A stretch of DNA of 64,000 nt from Candidatus Sumerlaeaceae bacterium (GCA_051003195.1 JBPCLP010000005.1:19605-83604); one strand, 5' to 3'. Positions 29,498 through 41,184 are shown, counted from the stretch's first letter. Notes: generated from the letters alone by a model not told the origin. Made by a program: numbers and translations.

Positions 29498-32400
29498 ATG
29501 CAAATGGATGACTCCTCACAAGACAAACAAACGCTTACGCAGAACATACTGCCGTGCGACTTGCCCGATGACCCCGAAGCTTCCTTAAAGCCAGCAGCAA
29601 ACCCGGAACACCTGGGCAACGTCGCCTTGTCGCACCTGTCTGGCATAAACTTTCGTGTGGAACCAACCGGTGATCCCGACGATTCGATGGACAGCGTATC
29701 CCTCTCCGTGATCGTCGACTCATCGGGTCCAGGTTCCCCGGCATCGACTCACGATTTTGCCTTTATACTGGGCCGCATTATCGGCCAGGGCGGCATGGGT
29801 GAAGTGCGCGAAGCGAAGCAAACTTCGCTTGGTCGCACCGTCGCCGTCAAGCGGCCTAAGATGCGAGTACCCGCCTCTGACAAAACCGCTGCGGATCTTG
29901 AACTTTTCGCGCGTGAAGCGGCCGTGACAGCAAGGCTCGAGCACCCGCATATCATTCCAGTACATGATCTCGGTCTGGGACCCGACGGCCTGCCCATGCT
30001 CGCGATGAAACTCGTCCGTGGCACTCCCTGGTCCGATATGCTCAAGCGCGACAAGGACCACACACCGCGTGAGCGCCTTGCGCTTCATCTTCCGATCCTT
30101 ATCGATGTCGCACAAGCCGTGGCATTCGCGCATGAGCGCGGCATCATCCATCGTGACCTCAAGCCATCTCAGGTCATGGTTGGCCGCCACGGCGAAGTGT
30201 ACCTGATGGATTGGGGAATTGCAGCATCCTTCGATACCGGTCGCAATGTTGGCGAAGGCGCACTGCACGAAACGGCGCACGCTGCCGTCGATGTTCACAA
30301 GGCGCCGAATCCAGCCGGAACGTCCGCATACATGGCTCCCGAGCAGACGGAAAGCAACGGTGCGCGTCTCGGTCCATGGACAGACGTCTGGCTGCTCGGT
30401 GCCGTGCTTTATGAAATCCTGACACGCAGACCGCCATACCCGTTCCCGCGCTCTTCGGATGCCTTCATGGCGGCGTGCCGCGGCTTCGTCGAGCCGCCCG
30501 AAGAGCGGATCGCTAAACGCTCAACGGGTGAATCGTGCGATGTTCCGCCTGAGATTTCGCAACTTTGCATGGAATGTCTTCAACCCGAAATTGGAAAACG
30601 GCTGCCAGCCGCCGAAGCTTTCCTTGAAAAGTTGAAAGACTACCAGACCGGCGCGTCACGTCGCGAAGAATCGCGTGCGATTACCACACAAGCGACTGCC
30701 GCGCTCACTTTGTTGGAGCAGCAATCCGAAGTCGCAGATACGTATCAGGACCTCGAAGAATGCGACCGCGCATTATCTCGCGCCATTACACTCGATCCGG
30801 AAAACCCGGAAGCGACCGCCGCTAAGCAGAAGGTGCTTGGCCTGCTTGCGGAAGAGGCGTTGCAAGGCGGGGATCTCCACCGCGCACGCGTCCAGGCGGC
30901 CAGATTACAGGATGAAAACCAGCGACAGGAATCGATAAACAAAATCGCGGTCGCCGAGCGCCGCGCGCGACGCCTCCGTACGCAGCGCATTCTTGCCATG
31001 GGCATGTGCGTGCTGCTTATCATTGCGGTAGCTGCCATAGCCCTCGTCTCCCGTGCACACATTGCTGCAGCACTGCGCAAAGCGGAAATCTCGGAAGCCG
31101 CTGCCCTCGCTGCGGAACGAACAGCGCGAAACGCGCAGAAACAAAGTGAATCCCGAAGAGTCGAAGCCGAGGCCAATCGCGAGCTCGCCGTGTCTGCACA
31201 GCACGAATTGCAGGCAACCCGCGACAAGGCACTTTACGATTATTATGTATCCAGTATCAGGCTGGCACAACGCGAAATTGACGAAGAACATTTTGCACGC
31301 GCGCAGGAAGTACTCCTCGCGGCCCCCCCTCAACACCGGGGCTGGGAGTGGGGATACCTCATCGCCGCTGCGCACCCGGAGCTAATGACCTATAGCGGCC
31401 ACACTGCGCCTGTTCGCTCGGTCGCGTTCAGTCCCGATGAACGGTATCTCGCTTCGGCAAGCAACGATGGATCGGCGCGCATCTGGGATGTGAACTCCGG
31501 ACGTGAACTTCAACGCATTGGCGCGCACAACAGCAGCGTCCGAAGAATCTGCTGGTCGCCCGATGGAAAGCGCCTCGCCACAGCGGCTGCCGATCACACT
31601 GCTGTTCTCTGGGACGCTGCGTCTGGGAAACACCTCCACTCACTCCCACAACATGGCGGGCCAGTAGAAGACATCCACTTTACGTCCGCGGGAGATCAGC
31701 TTGCAACACTCGCGAGTGATGCGCATCTGCGCTTTTTCGACGTCGCCTCAGGTCAGCTCAAACGCGATATCGACCTGCAATCAGATCGCGCCTTTGCATT
31801 TGATCTGAGTCCAGACGGACGCCTCGCAGCCGCGGGCGTCGGGCCCTCGGGCGCCGTGCTCGTGAACATCGACAGCGGCACGACCCTCGCCGCACTCGCC
31901 CCCGACGCATCAGAATGTTCCGGTATACGATTCTCGCCGGATGGCCGGCAGGTCGCCATCGCCATCACAGGCGCGCGTAGTTATATCTGCTCAGTTCCTG
32001 ATGGGGCCATGCTCGCCAACTTTACCGATAGCGACCTGGTTCAACCCGAAAACGCCCGCGCATACGGCTGGGCGGTCGATATACATTGGACGGATCAGGG
32101 TAAGGGAATCATCGCTGGAATGCGCGCCAGGCCTGGCTCACGAGCCTTCCGCTGGCGCGACCTCGATCCTGCCACCCACAAATTCCGCAACATTGAACCA
32201 GTCACTTTTCCCACTGGCAGCGATGTGTGCTCCATTGACCTTGCCCGCTCGGGCCGCTACCTGGCGGTCGGCTCAGAGACTGGTGCGATCTGCCTCTATG
32301 ACCAGCAACAGGACGCGCAGACAACCCGTCCGCTCTTCGATTCCGAAGGCGGCATCCACGGGCTTCGATGGTCGCCCGATGGGAAGGAACTTGTAGCTGG

Positions 32401-33658
32401 CAGCTTTCAGCAAAAGCGCCACCATCTCATGCCTGAACACCGGGCGATTGTCCTCGATTTGCCTTTGCCCGACCGAAGCCACTCCACCGCATACGAGCCA
32501 AATGGCACAAAGGTCGCCTTCGCCGCCCGCCATTTCGGGTTCCTGGTTCAATCGGCACTTACGGGAAAAGAATTGTTTCAGTTACCACTGGAGCCCGGCT
32601 CCGACGATGCGAGCTGGATCACATTCTCGCCCGATTCCCGCATAATTGCAACCGTTCGCAGTTCCTACCCACAGCCGCGCACTCCCACTGTCGATCTATG
32701 GTCCGCGCAGGATGGCCGGCATATCAAAACCGTTTCGACGAAATCGGATTTGCCAAACGTTGTCGGCTTCTCTCCCGACGGTAGCCGCCTCGCCATCGGC
32801 CATGTAGATGGACGGCTCGACTGCGTCGCAATCGCCGACGGCCAAAAGCAATGGCAGGCACCCGCGATCGACGGTCGTATCAACGCCCTACATTTCAGCC
32901 GTGACGGAAGGCGCATTGCCGTAGCCGGTGCGGGTGGAGGTGCAGCGATATTCGCCGCCGAGACAGGCAAACTTCAAACAATCCTTTCCCGGCATTCGTC
33001 GGAATTTACCGACATTGCATTCAGCCCGGACGGAAAACGGATTGCGACCGCCGCGCACGATGCAACGATCGGCATTTGGGACCCCGAATCCGGACGCCCA
33101 CTCTGCTTTTTGAAAGGACACAGCGGCCGAGCGTGGCAGGCACAATGGTCCCCCGATGGCACACGCATCGCCAGTTCATGTTCCGGCGTGCCCGGTGTCC
33201 GCATCTGGGAACCTGTTCAATGGCAACAGCACCAGCTCGCAGCGGAACTCGTAACGACAAGCACCTGGCCGGATCAGTTGCGTAATTGGCAAACCAGCCA
33301 GTTCCAGCACCGACAACTTGCCCGCGCCCTTGAGCGGCTTCCCATGGAATACTGGTCTCTCACCAGGCTGTCAGCCGCTGCCGCTGTGGATAACAATGGA
33401 ACGAGCCTCTCCATTGGCTGGCTGAGCGACATCGCTGCCAGCCCGCAGGTACCCGCTCAATTACGTGTCCAGTTGATCACCGCTGCCGATCGGCTTCGCG
33501 AGGCTTTGCTCACTGGCACTACGCTGTCCATAAACCTCGCATGGCAGCCAACCCAGGAGCAGGTAGAGCGTGCGTTCCTGGAAGGGAAAACCGTTCGCGA
33601 AACGGAGTCGATTTGGAAGGCGCGTTCGGGCGAACCTGAGAATCCCGCCGCAGGTTGA
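29498..33658 (+). CDS. Hanks-type Ser/Thr kinase with TM helix and WD40 propellers
   Basis: GQGGMG, HRDLKP, DWG, YMAPE; many FSPDG repeats. Confidence 0.93.
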   Translation: MQMDDSSQDKQTLTQNILPCDLPDDPEASLKPAANPEHLGNVALSHLSGINFRVEPTGDPDDSMDSVSLSVIVDSSGPGSPASTHDFAFILGRIIGQGGMGEVREAKQTSLGRTVAVKRPKMRVPASDKTAADLELFAREAAVTARLEHPHIIPVHDLGLGPDGLPMLAMKLVRGTPWSDMLKRDKDHTPRERLALHLPILIDVAQAVAFAHERGIIHRDLKPSQVMVGRHGEVYLMDWGIAASFDTGRNVGEGALHETAHAAVDVHKAPNPAGTSAYMAPEQTESNGARLGPWTDVWLLGAVLYEILTRRPPYPFPRSSDAFMAACRGFVEPPEERIAKRSTGESCDVPPEISQLCMECLQPEIGKRLPAAEAFLEKLKDYQTGASRREESRAITTQATAALTLLEQQSEVADTYQDLEECDRALSRAITLDPENPEATAAKQKVLGLLAEEALQGGDLHRARVQAARLQDENQRQESINKIAVAERRARRLRTQRILAMGMCVLLIIAVAAIALVSRAHIAAALRKAEISEAAALAAERTARNAQKQSESRRVEAEANRELAVSAQHELQATRDKALYDYYVSSIRLAQREIDEEHFARAQEVLLAAPPQHRGWEWGYLIAAAHPELMTYSGHTAPVRSVAFSPDERYLASASNDGSARIWDVNSGRELQRIGAHNSSVRRICWSPDGKRLATAAADHTAVLWDAASGKHLHSLPQHGGPVEDIHFTSAGDQLATLASDAHLRFFDVASGQLKRDIDLQSDRAFAFDLSPDGRLAAAGVGPSGAVLVNIDSGTTLAALAPDASECSGIRFSPDGRQVAIAITGARSYICSVPDGAMLANFTDSDLVQPENARAYGWAVDIHWTDQGKGIIAGMRARPGSRAFRWRDLDPATHKFRNIEPVTFPTGSDVCSIDLARSGRYLAVGSETGAICLYDQQQDAQTTRPLFDSEGGIHGLRWSPDGKELVAGSFQQKRHHLMPEHRAIVLDLPLPDRSHSTAYEPNGTKVAFAARHFGFLVQSALTGKELFQLPLEPGSDDASWITFSPDSRIIATVRSSYPQPRTPTVDLWSAQDGRHIKTVSTKSDLPNVVGFSPDGSRLAIGHVDGRLDCVAIADGQKQWQAPAIDGRINALHFSRDGRRIAVAGAGGGAAIFAAETGKLQTILSRHSSEFTDIAFSPDGKRIATAAHDATIGIWDPESGRPLCFLKGHSGRAWQAQWSPDGTRIASSCSGVPGVRIWEPVQWQQHQLAAELVTTSTWPDQLRNWQTSQFQHRQLARALERLPMEYWSLTRLSAAAAVDNNGTSLSIGWLSDIAASPQVPAQLRVQLITAADRLREALLTGTTLSINLAWQPTQEQVERAFLEGKTVRETESIWKARSGEPENPAAG

Positions 33659-33754
33659 CCGCCGGATAACAGTTTTCATTGCGTGTCTCCGCTTACTCTG
33701 CTTTGCTTGTCTCACGAATCACTGCAGGATTATCGACAGCCAAAGGATGTTGTC

Positions 33755-34102
33755 ATGTATACCCCGGTACCCGGAATCTACGAACAACTGCTGGAAAACG
33801 AAATTGCGACCGTCTCCTTTGCCGAGGTAGATGCAATCACCGGCCTGTTCGAATCGAAAACTACGCACTTGCGCGTAGTCGATCAGGAAACGCACAACGA
33901 GACGCTGCAGCAGGCTCGCAATGTGCGCGCGCTGCTCGATCAACCGCATAAGCTGACAGATCGCCAGCTCTTGATCGCACTGGCAGCCCTGCGCTACTTC
34001 GTGCGCGATGAAGATCACGCCGATGGACATCAGGATGATGCGCTCGTAATCCAAGCCGCCGTGAACCAGTTGCAGGAGCCGCTCCAGGAATTGCAGGCCT
34101 GA
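33755..34102 (+). CDS. Hypothetical protein, weak YkvA/DUF1232 resemblance
   Basis: ALRYFV..D...G..DDALVI; AAGGA RBS. Confidence 0.55.
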   Translation: MYTPVPGIYEQLLENEIATVSFAEVDAITGLFESKTTHLRVVDQETHNETLQQARNVRALLDQPHKLTDRQLLIALAALRYFVRDEDHADGHQDDALVIQAAVNQLQEPLQELQA

Positions 34103-34115
34103 AGAAATTCAGCAT

Positions 34116-34583
34116 TTGCCTGGCCAGGTGCTTATTCGTGAAATACAGTATGGTAGCAAAGAATGGCACGAGACGCTCCAGCTCCGCGAGCGCGTGCTTC
34201 GCCGTCCACTCGGGTTAACGCTGTTGCAGGAGGAGCTGGAATCCCAAAAACTCTGCATCCACTTCGCCGCTTATGATTCGCAGCACGACGCCCTGCTCGG
34301 AACACTACTGCTCGCGCGCGTGAATGACCAGACAGTGCAGATGCGGCAGGTCGCCGTCGACCCCGATCATCAGCGCAACGGCATAGGCCGCAAACTTGTC
34401 ACCCACGCCGAGCAGCACGCGCAGCAACACGGTTTTTACGAGATGCTGCTTCATGCCCGGGAAACCGCGGTACCGTTTTATGAGCGGCTCGGCTACCGCA
34501 CTTTTGGCGAGCCCTTCGACGAGCAAACAATTCCACACATCGCGATGGTGAAACAATTACTCAGCGCCGCGGAGACTTCTTAA
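34116..34583 (+). CDS. GNAT N-acetyltransferase
   Basis: RQVAVDPDHQRNGIGRKL, AVPFYERLGY. Confidence 0.9.
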   Translation: MPGQVLIREIQYGSKEWHETLQLRERVLRRPLGLTLLQEELESQKLCIHFAAYDSQHDALLGTLLLARVNDQTVQMRQVAVDPDHQRNGIGRKLVTHAEQHAQQHGFYEMLLHARETAVPFYERLGYRTFGEPFDEQTIPHIAMVKQLLSAAETS

Positions 34584-34789
34584 GCGTCCGGCGTCAGCGG
34601 AAGCGACCGCAGCCTCTTCCCCATCGCATCGGCAATGGCATTTGCGATCGCAGGTGCAATCGCTATAAGCGGCGTTTCGCCGGCTCCACTCGACGGCAGG
34701 TCCTTGCGATCCAGCAGAATGGTTTTAATCGGCGGCACATCCTCGAAACGCGGTGGGTGCATTAACGATGCGATGATATTCCTGTTCAA
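34580..34789 (-). pseudogene. C-terminal fragment of a xanthine dehydrogenase/isoquinoline oxidoreductase molybdopterin subunit
   Basis: PRFEDVP...GAGETPLIAIAPAIANAI...RLRSLPL; the rest of the gene is absent. Confidence 0.8.
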
Positions 34790-34804
34790 TGCCGGCCAAC
34801 TGCT

Positions 34805-36148
34805 CTAATCTATCGCCTCAATTTGTCGCCGGCCACGGAAAAACCAGTTCACGACAAAAAGCGCGAGTATGGCAACCCCCAGCCACTTCGCGGTATGAAG
34901 CGCCTCGCGCTTCTGCGTCACCAGCAGAACCGCACAAGTGATCGCTCCCAGTATGGGCACGAATATCGGCACTTGAAACGGCGGCCGTTCTCCCCCACGC
35001 GTAAGTTTCGTTTTGATCAGTCCAATATGCAGCACCATGAACACAGTCAGCAAAAACACCGTCGTGCCGGCGGCAAGCACAGCGATCTGTTTGGTGGACG
35101 CCATCATGATAATCGTGATGAGCGTCGCCACACCCACCGCAATCGCAGGTGTGCGCCAGCGCGGATGTACATGACCCAGAAACGAGGGCAGCACATTATT
35201 TCGCCCGCGCGCCATGCCATAGATCAATCGCGACGCCATAAGGCAGTTCAGAAGCGCCGTGTTAAAAACCGCAAACGCCGGTATGATCTTGTAGATCCAG
35301 TCCGGGAAGCCTGGTCGTGACGTGTGGACGACATCCAGTAACGGCGAATCCGTTTTTCCCAGCGCCGAGAACGGAAGCACCGACACCGCTATCAGGGCGA
35401 TCGTGACATAGATAACCGAGGTGATCACAATCGCCAGGCAGATCGCCCACGGCACGTTTCGCTCCGGGTTCTTCACTTCCTCCGACAGGTTTGCCATGTC
35501 TTCAAAACCGATAAAGGCAAAGAACGCCAGCGCGGCACCCTGCAGCACCAGCAGCGGCGGACCTGTCCCCTGCTCCGACTTTGCAAATTCGACGTAATCG
35601 ACACGTCCGAGAAATCGTATCCCAAGCGCGATGATGATAAACAGCCCCGCTATCTCAACAATCGTGCATACCAGGTTCGCACGTGAGGACAGCACAATTC
35701 CGTAAATCGCTACCAACGCGATGATCAGCAGAAACGCGAATGGGAAAAGATAATCTTTAAGGATCGGATGTGCGCCCGTGGTGCCTGCGAGAGCATAGTT
35801 GGCGAACGTACGTGACGTGGCCGCCATCGAGAACATTCCCGACAGCCCCACAAAGCACATGACCAGGAAGGTAACCAACGGCGTGCGGAAAACCGTCTGC
35901 ACAAAATGCGCCGCTCCACCTGCGCGCGGATAGCGCGATGTGAATTCCGCGTACGTGAGGCCTGTCAGCGCTGCTGCAAACCCCGCCACGAGATAAGACA
36001 TCCAGGCAGCGCTTCCGACATGCCCGCTGATCTTTCCCACCAGCGCGTACACGCCGGACCCGAGAATGTCCCCCACCCCAAATGCCGTAATGGCAAAAAG
36101 CCCGAGCGTGCGTCGGAGCTGCGGCTCATGTGGATTATCCAGCTGCAT
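34805..36148 (-). CDS. APC-family amino acid permease
   Basis: LRRTLG, ILGSGVY, FFAFIGFE, many TM segments. Confidence 0.92.
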   Translation of the reverse strand: MQLDNPHEPQLRRTLGLFAITAFGVGDILGSGVYALVGKISGHVGSAAWMSYLVAGFAAALTGLTYAEFTSRYPRAGGAAHFVQTVFRTPLVTFLVMCFVGLSGMFSMAATSRTFANYALAGTTGAHPILKDYLFPFAFLLIIALVAIYGIVLSSRANLVCTIVEIAGLFIIIALGIRFLGRVDYVEFAKSEQGTGPPLLVLQGAALAFFAFIGFEDMANLSEEVKNPERNVPWAICLAIVITSVIYVTIALIAVSVLPFSALGKTDSPLLDVVHTSRPGFPDWIYKIIPAFAVFNTALLNCLMASRLIYGMARGRNNVLPSFLGHVHPRWRTPAIAVGVATLITIIMMASTKQIAVLAAGTTVFLLTVFMVLHIGLIKTKLTRGGERPPFQVPIFVPILGAITCAVLLVTQKREALHTAKWLGVAILALFVVNWFFRGRRQIEAID

Positions 36149-36214
36149 GCCGCCCGGAGTTTCGGAACACGATGCAGCAAAGCAACCTCCGAATCCAATG
36201 AAGGTGCCGGACAT

Positions 36215-36249
36215 AAAAAACACCCGCGGAGGCATACCTCCGCGGGCGT
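36215..36249 (-). terminator. Rho-independent terminator after ftsH
   Basis: CCCGCGGAGG-cata-CCTCCGCGGG with a T6 tract on the minus strand. Confidence 0.8.
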
Positions 36250-36274
36250 CGAGTTAATTTGTTGCCGTTCTTTG

Positions 36275-38218
36275 CTATCCAGGCATCTCAGTCGGGCGAT
36301 CGATCAGCGGCTTGCCGAAAATGCGGCCCGGCTTTTTATCCTCTGCAATTGCAGACGGTGGCTCCGGCGCGACCGGTGGCAGTGGCGGTGGCGTGCGCGG
36401 ACGTTCCGGCAGGTCCTCGCCGCGAATAAGCATATCCAACTCATTGCCGTCCAGGGTCTCGCGCTCAATCAGCACTTCACTCACCCGGATTAGCAACTCC
36501 TTGCGCTCGCCCAGGATGTTCGTTGCGCGCTGATGAGCTTCGTCCACGAACTTCTTAATTTCGGAATCGATCACACTTGCGGTTGCGTCACTGTATACCG
36601 AACGGCCTTCACCAAAGTCGCGCCCGGGAGCAAGCGAGCTGTTGTTCTCCCCGAACGTACGCGGGCCAAGAACATCGCTCATGCCGTACTCGCACACCAT
36701 ACGCTGCACAAGCTGTGTCACCCTCTGGAGATCGTTGCCGGCACCGGTCGTAAAGTCTCCGAAGATCAGTTCCTCGGCCACACGTCCACCAAGCGCCATC
36801 ACGAGTTGATCCTTCAGCTTGTTCCGGAAGCGACTGAACCGCTCTTCACTAGGAAGGAAGCTTGTAACGCCCAGCGCCCGCCCACGCGGGATGATCGTCA
36901 CCTTGTGCACTTCGTCTTCAAGTCCAACGAACTTCGCCGCAAGCGCGTGTCCCGCCTCATGGTAAGCTGTCAGCTTCTTTTCTTTGTCGGTCAGCACCAG
37001 GCTGCGGCGCTCCGGACCCATCATCACGCGTTCCTTGGCTTCCTCGAGTTCCGACATACTGATATCGTCCCGATTACGCCGCGCTGCCAGCAAAGCCGCT
37101 TCGTTGATAACGTTTGCCAGGTCCGCGCCCGAAAAACCGGACGTTCCCTTCGCCAGGCGGTTGAGGTCCACGTCTGCGTGCAGCTTAACCTTGCGCGCGT
37201 GCACCTGCAGGATGCGCTCGCGTCCACTGAGGTCCGGGTAATCCACCATCACCTGGCGGTCGAAACGCCCTGGACGCAGCAACGCCGGATCGAGTACATC
37301 CGCACGGTTGGTTGCCGCGATCAGGATAATACCTTCATTCGAATTAAAGCCGTCCATCTCGACAAGCAACTGGTTCAGCGTCTGCTCGCGCTCATCATGT
37401 CCGCCGCCAAAACCTGCACCAAAACGGCTGCGGCCAACTGCGTCGATTTCGTCCATGAAAATCAGGCAGGGCTTGTGCTTCTTTCCCTGCTCAAAAAGAT
37501 CGCGCACGCGGCTCGCGCCCACACCCACGAACATCTCAACGAAATCGGAACCGGAGATCGAGAAGAAGGGCACGTTTGCTTCACCCGCAACGGCCTTCGC
37601 CAGCAATGTTTTGCCGGTACCTGGAGGGCCAACCAGCAGCACACCTTTCGGAATTTTTCCACCAAGGCGGCTGAACTTCTGTGGGTCCTTCAGGAACTCC
37701 ACGATTTCCTTCAGCTCTTCCTTCGCCTCATCCACACCCTGTACATCGTCAAACGTGACCTTTGTCTGTCCTTCGCTCACGAGCTTCGCCCGGCTCTTTC
37801 CAAACGTCATCGCTTTGTTGCCGCCGCTTTGAATCTGGCGCATAATGAGCACCCAGACCGCGATAATCACAAGCAGTGGCAGTAGGATCGAAACCAGGAA
37901 CTGCTGGAGCAGTTGCGATCCCTCCTTGCCGTCATACTCCACGCCGCTTGCAATCAGGTTGCTCGCGACAAACTCTTCCTGCCCGCTCAGGTAACCTGCT
38001 ACAAAGGGCTTTTTCTTCTTCTCTTTATCAAGGTACACGCCCTCGAGCTTGCGGTCCTTGTCGATAACCTTGCCTTCAATTTTCTTATCTTTTGCGTAAG
38101 CCAGCACCGTGCTTATGTTCAGCCGGTCTGGCTGCTCGTGGCTGTTCATGTTGATGAACATCACGATAAACACCAGGAACAGCACGATCCATAGTGTTGC
38201 GGATTTCAATCCGTTCAT
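36275..38218 (-). CDS. ftsH: ATP-dependent zinc metalloprotease FtsH
   Basis: Two TM helices, [13 protein letters not shown]. Confidence 0.98.
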   Translation of the reverse strand: MNGLKSATLWIVLFLVFIVMFINMNSHEQPDRLNISTVLAYAKDKKIEGKVIDKDRKLEGVYLDKEKKKKPFVAGYLSGQEEFVASNLIASGVEYDGKEGSQLLQQFLVSILLPLLVIIAVWVLIMRQIQSGGNKAMTFGKSRAKLVSEGQTKVTFDDVQGVDEAKEELKEIVEFLKDPQKFSRLGGKIPKGVLLVGPPGTGKTLLAKAVAGEANVPFFSISGSDFVEMFVGVGASRVRDLFEQGKKHKPCLIFMDEIDAVGRSRFGAGFGGGHDEREQTLNQLLVEMDGFNSNEGIILIAATNRADVLDPALLRPGRFDRQVMVDYPDLSGRERILQVHARKVKLHADVDLNRLAKGTSGFSGADLANVINEAALLAARRNRDDISMSELEEAKERVMMGPERRSLVLTDKEKKLTAYHEAGHALAAKFVGLEDEVHKVTIIPRGRALGVTSFLPSEERFSRFRNKLKDQLVMALGGRVAEELIFGDFTTGAGNDLQRVTQLVQRMVCEYGMSDVLGPRTFGENNSSLAPGRDFGEGRSVYSDATASVIDSEIKKFVDEAHQRATNILGERKELLIRVSEVLIERETLDGNELDMLIRGEDLPERPRTPPPLPPVAPEPPSAIAEDKKPGRIFGKPLIDRPTEMPG

Positions 38219-38544
38219 AAAAGCTAAATACTCCCACTAGAACGTTCGGCGGAAAAGTCTGCCGACTGTCCGACGTTTGACAAAACATTGCACCGCCACG
38301 TTCAAACTATTCGCAAATGCCACGGTGGCTGCTGAAAGGATATGGCAAGTTCGACGCCACGACAGTTCGAACTCTTTATTGGTATTGCCAAATGGTAAAA
38401 CGCCAGCCGGGCGGCCGCGCCTCGCTTAGCATGCAGACTGCTGATAGCCCACAATTCCCCGCCGGACCCGACCATTTCGCCGCTTTGAGTGTAAGAACAG
38501 AACTGGCCATTTCGACCAACGTCTAAAACGCAGGAGGCAGGGGC

Positions 38545-39066
38545 ATGCGAAAACGGTTCATCGGATTCTTGAGCCTGGCAGCGGCAATTACAGTTGCACA
38601 GGCACTCTACGCGCAAACCACGGCAACAACGACCCTGACGAAAGGAACAAATAAAATGGCCGAGACGGCTAAAGTTTCCACCGAAATGCCAAAGACTGAC
38701 GAGGAGTGGCAGAAAAAGCTGACTCCGGAACAATATCGCGTACTTCGGGAAAAGGGCACTGAGCGTGCATTTACAGGCTCCTACCATAGTGAGCACGCAA
38801 AGGGCACCTACAAATGCGCTGGCTGTGGTACGGAACTTTTTAAGAGCGATACGAAGTTTGAGTCTGGTACCGGCTGGCCAAGCTTTTACGCGCCGGTGCA
38901 GGGCAGTGTTAAAACCGAGGAAGACAACAGCTACGGCCGCCGTACCGAGGTGCTTTGCGCGAAATGCGGCGGGCATCTGGGTCATGTGTTCGACGACGGC
39001 CCGAAACCTACAGGCCAGCGCTATTGTATCAACTCGGTTTCTTTGAAGCTGGAAAAAGATAAGTAG
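38545..39066 (+). CDS. msrB: Peptide methionine-R-sulfoxide reductase with signal peptide
   Basis: [23 protein letters not shown]; two CxxC motifs. Confidence 0.95.
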   Translation: MRKRFIGFLSLAAAITVAQALYAQTTATTTLTKGTNKMAETAKVSTEMPKTDEEWQKKLTPEQYRVLREKGTERAFTGSYHSEHAKGTYKCAGCGTELFKSDTKFESGTGWPSFYAPVQGSVKTEEDNSYGRRTEVLCAKCGGHLGHVFDDGPKPTGQRYCINSVSLKLEKDK

Positions 39067-39123
39067 ACCTTTTAGCGGCGCGGGATTGCTTGACCCGCGC
39101 CGCGCCTGCATTACCCGTGTGCG

Positions 39124-41184
39124 ATGCCTTTTCGCCGGTACGCTCTCTATTCGCTGCTGCTGATGCTCTGCTGCGCCCCGGCCTATGCATTCGACAGTGA
39201 AGACAACGAATCGACCGCGCCGCTGGACTATGCCGTGGCATTTCCCACGAACCCCGTGCGGCTTCCGCAACTTCTCAGTGATGGGGCCGTCCTCCAGCGC
39301 GACCGGGAAATCCCGATCTGGGGGTGGGGTCAGGAAGGCCAGCGCGTCACCATCAGCATTGCTGGCCAATCAACCAGTGTAACGGTCGGGCTGCAGAACC
39401 TTTGGGCTACGACCATTGGGCCCCTGAGTGCAGGCGGACCGTTTAGCCTGGTAGTCAGCGACGGCCATACCACGGTCACCTCACGCCATGTTCTCATTGG
39501 CGATGTCTGGATGTGCGGCGGCCAGAGCAGCATGGCGCAGACATTGGCAGGGGTCGCAGATCCTGAAAAAGAAATCGCCGCTGCAAACGTGCCAGCTTTA
39601 CGATTGTTTCAGGTGCCGCGCACCACCGCGTTCGCACCGCAGAACGATTTTCCGCCTCCTGCGCACTGGACGCCATGCACTTCGGATACCGCGCGCGCGT
39701 TCTCGGCCATCGGCTACTTTTTCGGTCGCAGACTTCGCGAACATTACGACGTACCCGTAGGCATCATTTCCGCCACGTGGGTTAACACCACCATTCCGCT
39801 CTGGATGAGCGAGGCCGCCGCTTCGCAGGCTCCCGACTACGATTGGTGGCTGAACGCCTTGCGCAGAACAAGCACTCCGGTCGGCCGCGCACGCCTGGAC
39901 GACGAGCAGCGCTGGCGCGACTGGTTAACCGAACTGCAGGACAAGGCGGACGGATCCACGGGGACGCGAGCATGGTACAGTCGCGATCTGCTCATGGGCC
40001 GCCATTGGAAAACAATGCGCCTGCCATCTCCCTGGGAAGCGCGCGGCCTACCCGATTTGGACGGCGTCGTCTGGTTCCGCAAACAGTTCGAATTGACGGA
40101 ACCCTGGACACACACCTCTCCCACCCTGAGCCTCGCACACTTTTACGATTACGGCACCGTCTGGTTTAATGGCGAACAAATCGCGGCGAGCGACGATTGG
40201 AAGACCACCGTAGTTTGCCAGGTGCCGCCACGACTCCTGCGCACCGGACGCAACACCGTCGCAGTGCGCATATTGGATACCCACCTCTACGGCGGAATCC
40301 ATGGCACTACAGACAGCCTTGTGCTGCAAACCACCACCACCGAAGGCTTCACATCGTTGCCGCTTGCCGGGGACTGGAGATACCGCGTCGGGCTGAATAT
40401 CAAGGGAATACCCCGCCCGTGGGCCAGCACGGAGCAGTGGCCGCACCCCGGTGCCATGTATAACGGCATGATCGCTCCGCTCGTGAACCACGCCATCCGC
40501 GGGGTTGTCTGGTACCAGGGTGAGGCCGACGATTACCAGGCGAACCGCTACCGTCATCTGCTCGCCATCCTCATCCGCGACTGGCGCAATCGCTGGAAAC
40601 AGAAAGACCTGCCGTTCATCATCGCGCAGATTGCAAGCTGGCTGCCCCATGCAGACGAGCCGCAGGAAAGCAGATGGGCTGAAGTTCGCGAATCCCAATC
40701 CTACGTCGAAAATAACGTTCCCCACGTGGCTGTTGCGCCCATGTACGACCTCGGCGCAACGACTGAACCGCATTACCTGCGCAAACGCGAGGCCGCCGAA
40801 CGCCTGTTCAATGCCGCCCGAAACACGGCATACGGCGAAACTGCGGTTCCGTATCGCGGCCCTGCATACAGGCCCAAGTCCATGAAGATCGTCGGCTCAA
40901 AAGTGCGCGTGAGCTTTGATACGACAACTGGCGGACTTGTTATGCACGGACAAAAACTCCGCGGCTTCCAGTTGGCAGGCGCCAACAGGAAATATTTCTG
41001 GGCGGATGCACAACTCGTCAGCACGGATACCCTTCAGCTCCATAGTGACAAGGTGCGGTATCCCGTTGCGGTCCGCTTCGGGTGGCAGAACCACCCGTGG
41101 GCAACGCTTTACAATGAGGAAGGACTTCCAGCGATGCCTTTTCGAACCGATAGATGGCCCACAAACACCGCCGGAATTCCGTGA
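39124..41184 (+). CDS. Secreted sialate O-acetylesterase family protein
   Basis: GDVWMCGGQS, WYQGE, YNEEGLPAMPFRTD. Confidence 0.88.
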   Translation: MPFRRYALYSLLLMLCCAPAYAFDSEDNESTAPLDYAVAFPTNPVRLPQLLSDGAVLQRDREIPIWGWGQEGQRVTISIAGQSTSVTVGLQNLWATTIGPLSAGGPFSLVVSDGHTTVTSRHVLIGDVWMCGGQSSMAQTLAGVADPEKEIAAANVPALRLFQVPRTTAFAPQNDFPPPAHWTPCTSDTARAFSAIGYFFGRRLREHYDVPVGIISATWVNTTIPLWMSEAAASQAPDYDWWLNALRRTSTPVGRARLDDEQRWRDWLTELQDKADGSTGTRAWYSRDLLMGRHWKTMRLPSPWEARGLPDLDGVVWFRKQFELTEPWTHTSPTLSLAHFYDYGTVWFNGEQIAASDDWKTTVVCQVPPRLLRTGRNTVAVRILDTHLYGGIHGTTDSLVLQTTTTEGFTSLPLAGDWRYRVGLNIKGIPRPWASTEQWPHPGAMYNGMIAPLVNHAIRGVVWYQGEADDYQANRYRHLLAILIRDWRNRWKQKDLPFIIAQIASWLPHADEPQESRWAEVRESQSYVENNVPHVAVAPMYDLGATTEPHYLRKREAAERLFNAARNTAYGETAVPYRGPAYRPKSMKIVGSKVRVSFDTTTGGLVMHGQKLRGFQLAGANRKYFWADAQLVSTDTLQLHSDKVRYPVAVRFGWQNHPWATLYNEEGLPAMPFRTDRWPTNTAGIP

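Noticed and set aside
36533..37885. Long antisense ORFs (also 26611-27753, 38302-39369, 46486-47514 and others)
   Set aside because: Shadows of well-supported genes, expected in GC-rich DNA
39075..39103. Terminator after msrB
   Set aside because: 10-bp GC stem but no following U-tract; may be only a stability hairpin
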